Below the pieces are notes generated by a model. That model was not told the DNA's origin. It saw only the letters and a program-made list of their open reading frames with translations, and searched no databases. A stretch of 64,000 bases of DNA from Mobula hypostoma (lineage: Eukaryota): NCBI RefSeq assembly GCF_963921235.1, contig NC_086097.1, positions 80,292,001 to 80,356,000 on the forward strand, in the 5' to 3' direction. A program made the translations under genes and the position numbers. This document shows positions 1 to 13,103 of this stretch, in pieces (position 1 is the first letter of the stretch; each line of letters begins with the position of its first letter).

Positions 1-267
1 GCTGTTATACATCCAACTCACTCTGAGAAATTCCACAGGAGCTCTGATGGTACTGTATAAGCAGATGTTTTAGGTAACAGACAATCTGCCGTTTCCAAGA
101 CATCTGGGTCACACTTACGTAAAATAGTTTTTCTCCTGTGCTTATAACATTGTGTGTTGTTTTCAAATTGATTATTTCACTGAGTCTGAATTGAAACCTA
201 AAATAGGCTACCATGTTATTTCCCCCCAACTCAGTGAAGGCTAAAAACAAGAGTAACGTTGATGAAA

Positions 268-402
268 GCAACACACATAAAAATTGCTCGGCCCGAATCT
301 TCGACTGTACCTCTTCCTATAGATGCTGCCTGGCCTGCTGCGTTCACCAGCAATTTTTATGTGTGTTGCTTGAAATTCCAGCATCTGTAGATTTCCTCGT
401 GT
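268..402 (+). mobile_element. Miniature Penelope-like (Neptune-type) pLTR insertion with 5' inversion
   Basis: Carries the pLTR motif gatgctgcctggcctgctgcgttcaccagca, shared with 49327-49851. 266-288 is the exact reverse complement of 349-371. Flanked by a near-perfect 14-bp duplication (taacgttgatgaaa 254-267 / taatgttgatgaaa 403-416). Confidence 0.75.
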
Positions 403-1799
403 TAATGTTGATGAAAACTTGTTTGAAGCATTAGACTTGAGCTACAAAATTGCACAAATCAGCTCTGCAGATTACATAGAGTGTCATTTCCCCTAACATC
501 ATCCATTCTTCTTTGGTGCATACTCTTCCTTGTTCCTCTGGACTCATTAGAAACAAAAGTACCAGACTGAGAACATAAGGAAAACAGATTGAAAAATTTG
601 GCTTCAGTGTATAAAGAACTGGAACCAGTGTACTTCCAGTATTCAGAGGTTATTATAAGGGCTTTGAAAGACAACTTAGATTGGCATCATTTACACCATT
701 TGACTCAGAGGATCTGGATTAGTGTACTGAGGGTTTCAAGTATTCCTGTGATGGAATGTTTTTATAATGCATGACATCCTTCCCAATCCAGCTAAGCACT
801 TTATATTCACCTGCTGTTCTCTTAGCATGTTAAACTGGGCTCAGGTCTACTATCCTTGTAGGATGTTAAATATCCCTCATCAGCCAAAAGAAACCTACAG
901 CACTCATTGCCAGAATCATCCACTCTAATATTCCAAGCTGCTTACAGCAGTAGCTTTATTGTAAATTCCTTAGTAGCAAATTAAAACTGAAAATCAAAAT
1001 AATAGGATAACCTAGAAAAGTGAATGGTACTGAAGCACCTGGCTAGGTTCGGGACCAAAGCAGGGCTGGATGTCACCTTTTGAACCTCCTAGATGAGTAC
1101 ATATTTTCTCTCTCATCCGTTTTATCAAAGATCAGAGCTGTCATTGTTTTTTCTTATTGTTTATTTGTCCACCTTTTTAATTAGTGTTTTGTTCTTGATT
1201 AATTTAATTAATCATCCTCTGACTTAAAACACTTTTTCCAAATTCGTCAATTTCTTATACATCTGCTGTTTGTCTTCCCAACAGGCATCCTAATCTCTTT
1301 TTATCTTTTCAATCTGGCTAATCCCTGCTGAGTTTCTTCCACTGCCTGTTACTTGGCTATGCCACCTGCAATTAGACGAACAGTTTCAATTCTGTACTCT
1401 TTCTGTCAATGCAGAAATACTCTAAATTGCTCTTCCATTTCTTGCTGCTATTATGAAATCATCGGTTGACAGCCTAATAACTTGCTGAAGTTTCCATTCC
1501 CCAAAGTAAATGCTATTTAAGGTGCCTCAGCTTAAAAAGTTTTATCTGTACTTTGCTCTTTGGAAAGTAGACAGTCAAAATCTTCTCAGATGCCCTATCT
1601 TTTACTTGCTATTTTGAAGGCAAATTCAATTCCAGTTTTTTCTGTTTTGTACTTTTTCCACCAATGTTTCATTGACCTTTTATTGTTGACTCTGCTCTGT
1701 CTTGCTTATAGGAGATTCCTTGTCATTTTTTATTTTTCCTCTGTAGAGGTATAGATACTGCTTTCTAATTCAAATCAAGTGTTTACTCTAAATAGTAAA

Positions 1800-2802
1800 C
1801 AATACAGGAAGGACGTAGAGGTTTCAAGAGCTGCAGAAGAGATTCACCAGGGTGCTGCCTGGATTAGAGGGTATGAATTATAAAGAAAGGTCAGACAAAC
1901 TTGGATTGCTTTAGCTGGAGTGTTAGAGGCTGAGAGCACAGCTACATGAAACGCTGTTGCAGGAAAGCAGCATCCATCTTTGGGGGCCCCCACCACCCAG
2001 GACTGCTCTCTTCTCGCTTCTGCCATCAGGAAGGTAGTACAGGAGCCTCAGGGCTCACACCACCAGGTTCAGGAGCTGTTACTACCCTTCAACCATCAGG
2101 TTCTTGAACCAAAGGGGTTAATGACACTCAACTTCGCTTACCCCATCACTGAAATCTTCCCACAACCAATGGACTCACTTTCAAGAGCTCTTTACCTCAT
2201 GTTCTTGATATTTATTGCTTATTATTACTTTCTTTTTGTACTTGCACAGTTTACTGTCTTCTGCACACTGTTTGAATGACCAAGTTGGTGCGGTCTTTCA
2301 TTATTCTGTTATGGTAATTATCCCATAGATTTATTGAATGTCCTCAAGAAAATGAATCTCAAGGAAGTATATGGTGATATATATATATATATTTATTTAT
2401 TTATTTTGATAATACACTTTCAGTGAACTTTGAGCACTTGATCCAAATTTATATGATGATGGGAGGTATAGGTAGGATAGATGGTCAGTTTCTTTCCCTG
2501 GGTAGAAATGTCCAATACTAGAATACAGAGATTTAATATGAGGGGAGAAAGTTTAAAGGAGATGTACGGGGTAACTTTTCATAATGAAGTTTCTCATAAA
2601 TGCTGGGAACGTGCTGCTAGGGTTGGTGATGGAAGCAAACATGATAATGGAGTTTCTGTGGCATTTAGACAGGTACGTTAATGTATAGGGAGTGGAAGGA
2701 TGTGGACCATTATTAAATAGATTGGTTTGGTTCGACATTATGATTGGCACAGAAGTCATGGGCCCAAAGGGCCTATTCCTGTGTTGTGCTGTTCTATGTT
2801 CT
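1800..2802 (+). mobile_element. Decayed CR1 LINE 3' fragment, interrupted by a Rex/Babar fragment
   Basis: Resembles the 3' end of the CR1 at 8150-9160 (gagattcaccagggtgctgcctgga; RFTRxLPG-type motif) and ends in a ctgttctatgttct tail. Confidence 0.7.
1947..2432 (+). mobile_element. Rex1/Babar LINE 3' fragment
   Basis: ctgccatcaggaaggtagtacaggagcctc...accaccaggttcagg (degenerate LPSGRRYRS..TTRFR motif), followed by a 3'UTR ending tttgataat...gaactttga. Confidence 0.7.
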
Positions 2803-3799
2803 GTGATGGATTTTCAGTAAGCTTCCCTGATATCACAGGAAACAAAGTGAATCTCTTTTTCCTCTACAGAGGAAGTTTTAATAGGAAGAAACCAGAAGTT
2901 TGGTAATTGGTGCAATGGACATGTGAGATGGATCTTAATCCACTGATATTGCAATGTTTTCAGGAAGGTTTGTTTAACTAGTGGGAGTTGGACTAGTTGC
3001 ACTCAATTGTCTCAGGAGAGGTTGGTTTGCCTATTAACATGTGCTAAGCACTCAGTGTGATATGTCAGTCAGATTTTAAAGTAAACACTGAATCCATGCA
3101 CAAGAAGCTCGCTGCTGAGAGTAGGGCAAACAAGCAATGGCATTAAAAGGGATGATTAAAACTGATGAAATATTGTTATAAATCCTCAGACCTCACAGTT
3201 GCTTGCTTGGCTTCAAATGGACAAGGAGCTGACCTGAGTGCTTTTGTTGACTTTACTTTTTATGTTTATGCTGGATCAAGTATTGGCTCCGTGGCTGCCT
3301 TTAAATTTTGGATGAGGAGTTTTACAATCCTTACCTACCACAGCAGCAACTGGAAATGGGTGGCAGAGGAGGAGGAGCAGGAATGAGGGCACGGCAGAGA
3401 GAAGGGTAGGGAGTAGCACAAATTGGATGAGGTGGGCAGGGGCTTGGGGAGTGAGTGGGATAGTAGAGGGGGATACAATTTGCAGAGAGCAATACAGGCC
3501 ATGAGTGCAGAGGCAGAAATTTGATACTGTAAGTATGATGCATATTTCATTTGCTATCTCATGTTGTTCTCTCAGGTGGCAACAGACCTTAATTTCTTTC
3601 CAGGCAAGAGTTATTCCCTGTCAGATGTGGTGTTAATTGGTGCCAGAGTGATTTGCTGACCTCAGCTTTTTTTACATGTAGATCCCTCCATGATTAGCCC
3701 TAAGACATAACCAGAATCAGCCAGCCATTGGGCTTCAAACAAATTGTTGATGTTTTTCTATGTTTTCATGTGTTTTAGTTGCTTCACTAGAATCACTCA

Positions 3800-4450
3800 G
3801 CTCAGACCTTGGTTCAGAGCTGAACTTAAGAACAAGGTGCACTTGGCTGTCCTTGACATCAAGTTAGCATTTGAGTAAATGTGGCTTCAAGGAGTCCAAG
3901 GGAATAGACATCAAAATGGTAAATGATCCAATAGGAAGATGCAAAGGAAGCAAGTATTGGAGGGTAACTATTTCAACCCCAGGACGTCACTGCTGGAACT
4001 CCACAGGGAATTGTCAAAGACCTTTCCAATCTCGGCTCATTCAACAATAACCTTTTGTCCACCAATGAATCAGAATACCATTCACAATTTCCTGGAAAAT
4101 GAAGTAGTTCATATTAGCATACCTCAACATCTAGTCAACTTTCAGGCTTGTGTAATACATGGCACATAACTATCATACCCAAAAATGTCGGGCAATAACC
4201 ATCACTATTCAAAGAATCCTTGCACTGATCCATGAAATTTATCATTTATTAATCCCCTACCATCAGCAACTTGGGGGTAACCATTGATCAGAGACTTCCC
4301 AAGCTGCATAAATATTCCCCAAAGCATTCCTTTTTTCTAAGGGTATGCCAAGAGCATGATGGAATTCTCTCCATTTGATTGAACGAAAGCAGTTCAAAAA
4401 TGACTCATGTTGCTTAAAACCATTCAGGACATTGTAACCCACCCATGGCA
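3800..4450 (+). mobile_element. Very old CR1-like RT remnant
   Basis: gtccttgacatcaagttagcatttgagtaaatgtgg resembles the LDIKxAFDxVW RT motif; heavily decayed. Confidence 0.4.
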
Positions 4451-4479
4451 TCATGCAGTAGCCTCAGTATTCGTAGGTA

Positions 4480-5130
4480 CTTAACAGGGCAGCCATGTCT
4501 TGATAGTATATATGCCAGAGAACTTGGTGGTTTACAGAATCAAAGGCCATTGTCAGATCAATGAAAGCCAAATACAGGGGTTGCCTTTTGTTCATGGCAT
4601 ATGTCCTGTAAATGGCGTGCTGTGGAAATCCTCTAGATGGGCAGTAGCCACACTATGACTCAGGGAGTACTTCTTTGGATAGCAGAGGGAGTCTTGACAA
4701 ATGTAAGTGCAAACACTTTGCCTGTTGTTGATGGAGTGAGAGGCCTCTGTTAGTGCCACAATCTGACTTGTGTCCTTCTTGAATATGGCCCTATTAAAGC
4801 GTCCCTGAGCGCTGAGGGCAGTTGTTGCTTTTCCAAGACCTTCAGGAACAGGGCATGTACGTAGTGCAGGAATGCTGGTTCACCTTCCTTGAGGATTTCT
4901 GCTGGGTTTCCATCAGGACCAGTGGCTTTGTTGCCTTTCAGGCTCTCCATAGTATCATGGTTCTCTTTCATACTGGGTGCTTCCCTTATGTCTTCCGACA
5001 CAGCTCTTTGGAGGATTTGATTAGGAACCTCTGGTTTCAGCAGTGCTAACGCAGTTAAGAAGTTCTTCAAAGTGCTCTCTCCATCTATCGTGTATAGAAT
5101 GGACAGTATCTGTACCTGGCCTGTGCACAA
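4480..5130 (-). mobile_element. RTE (BovB-like) LINE RT fragment
   Basis: ORF 4750-5130 contains LKGNKATGPDGNPAEILKEG...LPSALRDALI, the N-terminal region typical of RTE-clade RT. Confidence 0.7.
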
Positions 5131-5169
5131 ATCTTCTTACTAGGGCTTTCATTCAATTAATGCTTGGGT

Positions 5170-8003
5170 GACCATGGTGGAATTGTTCAGTACTTTTGGT
5201 CGAAGTATTTATGGGACTACTATTCTTTCGACAAACATTAGGCAGGAGTCCACAGTTGAGGGTGATGTTTGACATCGATAGAAGGGTACAACATTTTCCT
5301 CAACCTTTACTGGGCAACCATCACAGACATATATGAAGGTATTTTGAAGAAGAGAATTTGTGGGTGTTTCTGCTTTGATCTTGTTGACCATGACCAGAAG
5401 ACCTTCAGCAGCCTCCAATACAACACCGGTGGACTTCAAACTCAATTGAAATCATAGCTACAACTGTATCTTCATTTTCACTAACCTGCTGGTTCATCAA
5501 TCTGGAGAGGGCATCTGCCTGACCAAGTTTCTGGGTTGTTGTGTATTTGGTTTCAATATCATAGGCTATTAACATCATTGTCCACCTTTGTAGGCGGTTA
5601 GCTGTATACACTGGGATGCCTTTCTTAGACCCAAAGATGGACAACAAAGGTTTATGATCAGTCAGGAGAGTGAAGTGTCTGCCATTAAGCACTTTTTGGG
5701 ATTCTCAAGGCTTCCTTCTCAATTTGTCCATAGTTCCTTTCATGCATGACAGCTTTTGGAACTATCAGGGAAGATATGAAATATGACATTGGGAGAGATA
5801 TGGAGTTCTGCTTGTAGTTTGGTGCAGCAACCTAAACCTTCTTGAAATACTGCTGCATAGCACTGTTGATGTATGGTCTCACATACTGATGGTGATAGTG
5901 GTGTCGACTTGACATGATTTGAACAGACAACATCTTCATGCAGACTTCAGCCAGAGGGATGCTCCAGCTTATCCATCCAGTCAATTCCAAGGACACTCAG
6001 ATCCCCCTGGTCTGTTAGGTAACACACACCATTGACTTAATTACTGTTCAGCTTCAACGTGTAGTGCAGTTCGCCAATCAGCTGGGGGGTTCTACCCATT
6101 GCACTGCAGGCAGAATGATGAGTCAACTTGACTGGTGGGGCCCCAAGTTCCCGTCAAGTGCATTTGGAAATAATGGCAATGTCTGTCCCATGTCAAGTTG
6201 TAGCTTGACCAACTAATTGTTGATAAATAGGTTGATGTACTGTCTCCTGGGGGCAAAGTCCACTTTGAACGTAACCATTAAATTCCCTGTGGATTTTGAT
6301 CGCTTTTGAAACCTCTTGTCCTTGTCAACACAGTGAAAGATGATGAAAACCTTCTTTGTGACCACAGCAATGGTACTTGCAAATGTGTTTCTTGTATTTG
6401 CAACTTTTTGCATAATACCTCATGGGAGGAGCTAAAGTTGGCACCAAATGTTTTTAGCGGACTCGGGCGACTTCTTTGAGTTCATCTGCGAAACAGTTTC
6501 AATCTTCTGTTCTCATGACTCTTTTTTCCTTTCCAAGGTGGCTGGGGCCCTGTCAGATCCCGTGATCTACAGCTGCACTCAGACTACGTTCTTCACGCGT
6601 GGTGGGTTCTTGCTCTTGGAATTCACCGAGCGGCCTGGCGCTTCGGTACCTCGAGGCGCGGCTTGGAAGGTGTATGCCTTTGGAGTGTGACCTTGTGGAT
6701 GACCCGATTCCTTGCCGATGTCGCTGACTGATGGGTCTTAGGAGATGGAAACATCGGGACAGCAGGCACAGCTGTCGGAGGCCCCTGTATTCTTTCTTGA
6801 TGGTGAGAGAGAAAGTCTGCTGGTTCTTAAGTCAGGGGGAACTTGAGTAAGTGATGCTGCAGACCGTAAAATCAAAACAGTGAGCTGTTGGCCTCCCCTC
6901 CCACTGTGTAAGGAGCAATATCTCTCTCTCCCTCATCAGTGAGAGAGAGGGCCTGTTGAGATGTTGAAGAGTTGGGATGGACAGTAGTTTTTGATGGATT
7001 CTAGGTCATGGTCTCTGGGGGCACTATTGCTTGCATGGTGGGTGGCAGTGGGGGGGCTGCGCTTTTCGCTGGAACAATTTGGGGATGGTGAGGAGGAGGG
7101 TTGATGCTTTGCTGCTGTATGTGCATAGGAGGGGGGAGGTGAGTTTAGGACCCTAACATTTTCTGTCATGCATTCTTTGGGTTTTTTCTCTCTGTTTCGT
7201 GGATGTCCGTGAAGAGTAAGGGTTTCAGATGGTATACTATGTACATTCTCTGACATTAAATTGAACCACAGTTCCAACAAGCTGTGTTTGGCCATTTGGA
7301 GATCTGCTGAGTGATGGTGTTTGGGCCATTGGACACTGCACTGACCATCGTCTTTTCAACCTGGTTGGCATCGTGTTTCAGATTGATATTCTTTAGTGAC
7401 GGCTTATAGAGTCATATCACGGTCTTGCTCCTGTCTGGCCAGGAGCCGTTTGTGAATACCTGCAGTGTCACGTGCCTGAAGTCTGCAAATAAAAATCAGA
7501 TATTTGTGTGACTGTGATTCAATCATGTTACCCAGCTTGAACTTACATTCAGGATTGATGAAACTACCATATGTGATAAAGTCATTGGCGTCTGGACAGT
7601 TTTCATCAAATGATGGGTCCCATGGGTTCTTAGTCAGAATGAAGTTGAAATACTGCTCATGTTCAACAGTACCCAATTTTCAGAGCAAAGTATGTGTTTT
7701 CCACAAGTCATCTTAAATGGCAAATTTGACCCGGAATGCATCTTCGGAGCCCTTGAACCATGATTCAAATGTAACTCCCAAAGCGACATCAAACTGGAAG
7801 TTGTAAATGGATGCAACAACTGACTCACATGAGTCCTATTCAGTATTTGACACCAACGTCGCTGGACTTACTGATAATCTGCTGGTTAACATTTCAATTA
7901 ACTTCAGCTGTGCTGCCTCAAATTGAGCTTGCTGCTGTTGCAGAGCTGTGTGTCTTCTGCTGAAATTGCCATGTTAATATAATACAGCACATCATTGCCA
8001 ATT
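5170..8003 (-). mobile_element. Gypsy/Ty3 LTR retrotransposon internal remnant (gag, protease, RNase H), pseudogenised
   Basis: ORF 5405-5692 GRHFTLLTDHKPLLSIFGSKKGIPVYTANRLQRW...GQADALSRL is Ty3 RNase H. A protease-like QLD(M)G lies near 6200 and a gag-like region at 7300-7970. A PBS-like TGGCAATGA follows the LTR on the minus strand (7992-8000). Confidence 0.85.
6432..7268 (+). mobile_element. Non-coding non-autonomous element with a Rex/Babar-like 3' tail, inserted in the Gypsy
   Basis: Starts aaagttggcaccaaatg (compare 15100 on the minus strand) and ends tttcagatggtatactatgtacattctctgacattaaattgaacc, like the Rex 3'UTR ends at about 2350-2430 and 38490-38550. No RT ORF. Confidence 0.55.
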
Positions 8004-9630
8004 TGTTATGTTCACTCACCTCTACCTACTGATGAGACCCCAAGCCAGACAGAAAATAGAACAGGCTAGAATTCAAAATAACCCTTTATTCATTAAAACT
8101 ACACTAGTCTCAAAACTCAAATCCAACTCACACTCCCTAGTATGATTATTTAGAAACAGGAACACAAAAAGCCTACAGCACAATATAGGTCCTTTGGCCC
8201 ACAAAGCTGTGCTGAACATGTCCTTATCTAAGAAATTACCTAGGGTAACCCATAGCCCTCTATTTTTCTGAGCTCCATGTACCTGTCCAGGAGTCTCTTA
8301 AAAGACTCCATTGTATCTGCCTCCACCACTGTCGCTGGGAGCCCATTCCACGCATTCATCACTCTCTGCGTAAAAAAACTTACCCCTGACATCTCCTCTG
8401 TACCGACTTCCAAGTACCTTAAAACTGTCCCCTCTTGTGCAAGTCACTTCAGTCCTGGGAAAAAGCCTCTGACTATCTACATGATCAATGCCTCTCATCA
8501 TCTTATACACCCCTATCAGGTCACCTCTCATTTCCATCGCTCCAAGGAAAAAAGGCTGAGTTCACTCAACCTATTCCCATAAGGCATGTTCCCCAATCCA
8601 GACAACATCCTTGTAAATCTCCTCTGCACCCTTTCTATGGTTTCCACATCCTTCCTATCGTGAGGTGACCAGAACTGAGCCCAGTACTCCAAGTGGGGTC
8701 TGACCAGGGTCCTATGTAGCTGCAACATTACCTCTTGACTTCTAAACTCAGTCCCACGATTGATGAAGGCCAATGCACCGTTTGCTTTCTTAACCACAGA
8801 GTCAACCTTCGCAGCAGCTTTGAGTGTCCTATGGATTCCGAACCCAAGATCCCTCTGATCCTCCACACTGCCAAGAGTCTTACCATTAATGCTATATTCT
8901 GCCATCATATTTGACCTACCAAAATGAACCACCTCACACTTATCTGGGTTGTACTCCATCTGCCACTTCTCAGCCCAGTTTTGCATCCTATCAATGTCCC
9001 GCTGTAACCTCTGACAGCCCTCCATACTATCCACAACACCCCCAACCTTTGTGTCATCAGCAAATTTACTAACCCATCCCTCCACTTCCTCATCCAGGTC
9101 ATTTATAAAAATCACAAAGAGTAGGGGTCCCAGAACAGATCCCCGAGGCACACCATTGGTCACCGACCTTCATGCAGAATATGACCCATATACAACCACT
9201 CTTTGCCTTCTGTGGGCAAGCCAGTTCTGGATCCACAAAGCAATGTCCCCTTGGATTCCATGCCTCCTTACTTTCTCAATAAACCTTGCATGGGGTACCT
9301 TATCAAATGCCTTGCTGAAATCCATGTACACTACATCTATCTACCTTCATCAATGTGTTTAGTCACGTCCTCAAAAAATTCAATCAGGCTTGTAAGGAAT
9401 GACTTGCCTTTGACAAAGCCATGCTGACTATTCCTAATCATATTATGCCTCTCCAAATCTTCATAAATCCTGCCTCTCAGGATTTTCTCCATCAACTTAT
9501 CAAGCACTGAAGTAAGACTCACTGGTTTATAATTTTCTGGGCTATCTCTACTCCCTTTCTGGAATAATGGAATAACATCTGCGACGGTCTAATCCTCCGG
9601 AACCTCTCCCATTCTCATTGATGATGCAAA

Positions 9631-10345
9631 TGTAACCCCCCGCCCCCAGCAAGCCTCAGGGTCGCTTAACTTGCTGTTGTCTAGGGAAACAGCCCTTGGC
9701 CCCGCCAAACTGAGTAATTAAGTTTGTGTGGATGCTGTGTGATGTACCCCACCCTGCCAAATAACAGACAATACACCAGATACGAATGAATTACATGAAT
9801 TACAGTTTATAGATATTACTGGAACTATAAAATTAAAAGAGATAAAATATAGAAGGAAAATAAAAGGCACCACACTTATCAAAGTTCAATCTCTTCACGC
9901 ACAACAGTTGGAGCTCTAGTAATGATCCTCTCTTCACCATCCAATCCCCTCTGCCCACCTTGACCTGCTGTCTGGGACCAACCACGGTGGTGGACCAGAT
10001 GCTCCACACGAGTCTGTCTCCGTCTCCTCTCCTTGCTGAAGATCCTGGACCTCAGACTCCTGACCCCGTTAGCTAGCCCACAGCACCTTGTCCGTTCTCT
10101 TTCTCTCCATCACGCCTTCTGCCCAAAAACCCGTGCATCACAATAACTTACAGACACCGTAGAAAGAATAACATGGACATCCATTGGTTCAATCACTCTC
10201 TTATCAACAATATAACCCAAACAAGCTGCTAGCGAGAGAACCTTCTCAGCATTTAACAAAACAAAGAAGTCATTTTAATTATAACATAAGAAAGAAGCCA
10301 TCTTAATTAGCCTACGCAGTAACATAAAAGAAGAAACCCTTTACA
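9631..10345. mobile_element. Solo LTR (715 bp) inserted in CR1 ORF2
   Basis: tgtaa...ttaca termini and an exact 4-bp TSD caaa (9627-9630, 10346-10349). CR1 sequence is continuous across it. Confidence 0.85.
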
Positions 10346-12924
10346 CAAAGATTATTGCCAGAGGCTCAGCAATCTCCTCGCTTGCCTCCCACAGTAGCCT
10401 GGGGTACATCTCGCCTGGTCTCAGTGACTTATTCAACTTGATGCTTTTCAAAAGCTCCAGCACATCCTCTATCTTAATATTTACATGCTCAAGCTTTTCA
10501 ATCCACTGTAAGTCATCCCTATAATCGGCAAGATCCTTTTCCGTAGTGAATAACTGAAACAACCTACCCATTAAGTACCTCTGCTATCTCCTCTGGTTCC
10601 ATACACACTTTTCCACTGTCACACTTGATTGGTCCGATTCTCTCACGTCTTATCCTCTTGGATTTCACATACTTGTAGAATGCATTGGGGTTTGCTTTAA
10701 TCCTGTCTGCCAAGGCCCTCTCATGGCCCCTTCTGGCTCACCTAATTTCTTTCTTAAGCTCCTTCTTGTTAGCCTTATAATCTTGTAGATCTCTATCATT
10801 ACCTGGCTTTTTGAACCTTTCGTAAGCTCTTCTTTTCTTCTGACTAGATTTACAACAGCTTTTGTTCACCACGATTCCAGTACCCTACCATCCTTTTCCT
10901 GTCTCATTGGAACGTACCTATGCAGAGCTCCATGCAAATATCCCCTGAACATTTGCCACATTTCTTCTGTACATTTCCCTGAGAACATCTGTTCCCAATT
11001 TATGCTTCCAAGTTCTTGCCTGATAGCCTCATAATTCCCCTTACGCTAATTAAAAGCTTCCCTAACTTGTTTGTTCCTATCCCTCTCCAATGCTCTGGTA
11101 AAGGAGATTGAATTGTGATCACTATCTCCAAAATGCTATCTCCACTGAGGGACCTGACACCTGACCATGTTCATTTCCAGATCAAGTACAGCCTCTCCTC
11201 TTGTAGGCTTATCTACATATTGTGTCAAGAAACCTTCCTGAACACACCTAACAAACTCCACCCCATCTAAACCCCTTGCTCTAGGGACATGCCAATTGAT
11301 ATTTAGGAAATTAAAATCTCCCACCACAACAAACCTGTTATAAACCGTTTGCAGAATCTGTCTCCCTATCTCCTCCTTGATGTCGCTGTTACTATTGGGT
11401 GGTCTATAAAAAAGCACCCAGTAGAGTTATTGACCCCTTCCTGTTCCTAACTTCCACCCACACACACTCCATAGACAATCCCTCCACGTCTTCCTCCTTT
11501 TCTGCAGCCGTGACACTATCTCTGATCAACAGTGCCACACCCCCACGCCTTTTGCCTCCCTCCCTGTCCTTTCTGAAGCATCTAAAGCCTGGCACTCAAA
11601 GTAACCATTCCTGCCCCTGAGCCATCCAAGTCTCTGTAATGGCCACAACATCATAGCTGCAAGTACTGATCCATGCTCTTAGCTCATCCGCTTTGTTCAT
11701 AATACTCCTTGCATTAAAAATAGACACATCTCAAACCATCGATCTGAGTGTGTCCCTTCTCCATCACCTGCCCATCCTCCCTCTCGCACTGTCTCCAAGC
11801 TTTCTCAATTTGTGCCCAACTGCCTCTTCCTCTGTGTCACCAGTTTGTTTCCTACCCCCCAGCAATTCTAGTTTAAACTCTCCCGAATAGCCTTAGTAAA
11901 CCTCCCCGCCAGGATATTGGCCCCCTGGGATTCAAGTACAACCCGTTCCCTCTGTACAGGTCACTCCTGCCCCGAAAGAGGTCCCAGTGATCCAGAAATC
12001 TGAATCCCTGCTCCCTGCTCCAATCCCTCAGCCAGGCATTTATCCTCCACCTCATTCTATTCTTAAACTTACTGTCACATGGCACGGGCAGTAATCCCGA
12101 GATGACTACCTTTGTGGTCCTGCTTCTCAAATTCCTTCCTAATTCCCTGTAGTCTGCTTTCAGGACCTCCTCCCTTTTCCTGCCTATGTCGTTGGTACCA
12201 ATTTTTACCACAACCTCTGGCTCTTTTCCTTCCCACTTCAGGATATCTTGGACATGATCAGAAACATCCTGGACCCTGGCACCTGGGAGGCAAACTACCA
12301 TCAATGCTTCTTTCCTGCATCCACAGAATCGCCTGTCTGACTTTCTAACTATAGAGTTCCCTGTCACTGCTGCCATCCTCTTCCTTTCCCTACCCTTCTG
12401 TGCCACAGGGCCAGACTCTGTGCCAGAGGCACAGCCACTGTTGCTTCCCCCAGGTAGGCCATTCCCCCCCCAACAGTACTCAAACAGGGGTACTTATTCT
12501 TAAGGGGTAGAGCCACTGGGGTACTCTCTAGTACCTGACTCTTGCCCTTCTCCCTCCTGACTGTTACCCACTTATCTGTCTCCCCAGGGCCCAGAGTGAC
12601 TACCTGCCTATAGCTCCTCTCTATCACCTCCTCACTCTTCCTGAGCAGACGAAGGTCATCGAGCTGCATCTCCAGTTCCCTAACATGGTCCCTAAGGAGC
12701 TGCAGCTTGACGCACCTGGTGCAGATGTGGTCGTCCAGGAGGCTGGGAGTCTCCAGGACTTCCCACATCTGACACTGAGCACAGAACACCGGCCTCACAC
12801 ACATTCTTCCTGTCTGTATTCTACACAGGCAACCTACCTCACCTTGACCTCTTATCACCGAAGCCCCGTTGAGCCAAAGCCTTTCTACCTTGTTTCCCTC
12901 TACTCTGACACCTGCTCTATAAGT

Positions 12925-13103
12925 TGTCTCCTTTTAAACTCTTCTCGCTGTTCTCACTGACTGACGTCCATGTGCTTGTGCAGTCGTGCCCCGATCAAAC
13001 CGCTGAAGAAATAATGTTCTCCTTTAAACTCTTCTCGCTGTTCTCACCGGCTGACGTCCACGCGCTTGCGCAGTCGTGCCCTGATGAAACTGCTGAAGAA
13101 ATT
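12925..13103 (-). repeat. Two tandem ~90-bp monomers in the CR1 5'UTR
   Basis: tctcctttaaactcttctcgctgttctcac..ctgacgtcca..gcagtcgtgcc..gctgaagaaat occurs twice (about 12927-13013 and 13018-13103). Confidence 0.85.

Larger units (their letters stand above)
8150..13103 (-). mobile_element. Near full-length CR1 LINE (ORF1 zinc finger/coiled coil plus SGNH esterase; ORF2 APE-RT), frameshifted
   Basis: 12364-12858 CAQCQMW..HICTRC..LRDHVRELE. 11873-12406 GNSIVR..CLPGARV..IGTNDIG (SGNH). 11136-11595 YRPPNS..VVGDFNF (APE). 8528-9163 GVPRGSVLGPLLF..SKFADD (RT). 3' tail at 8150-8175. Confidence 0.95.

Noticed and set aside
11873..12406. Stand-alone SGNH esterase gene
   Set aside because: A normal component of CR1 ORF1, in its expected position.
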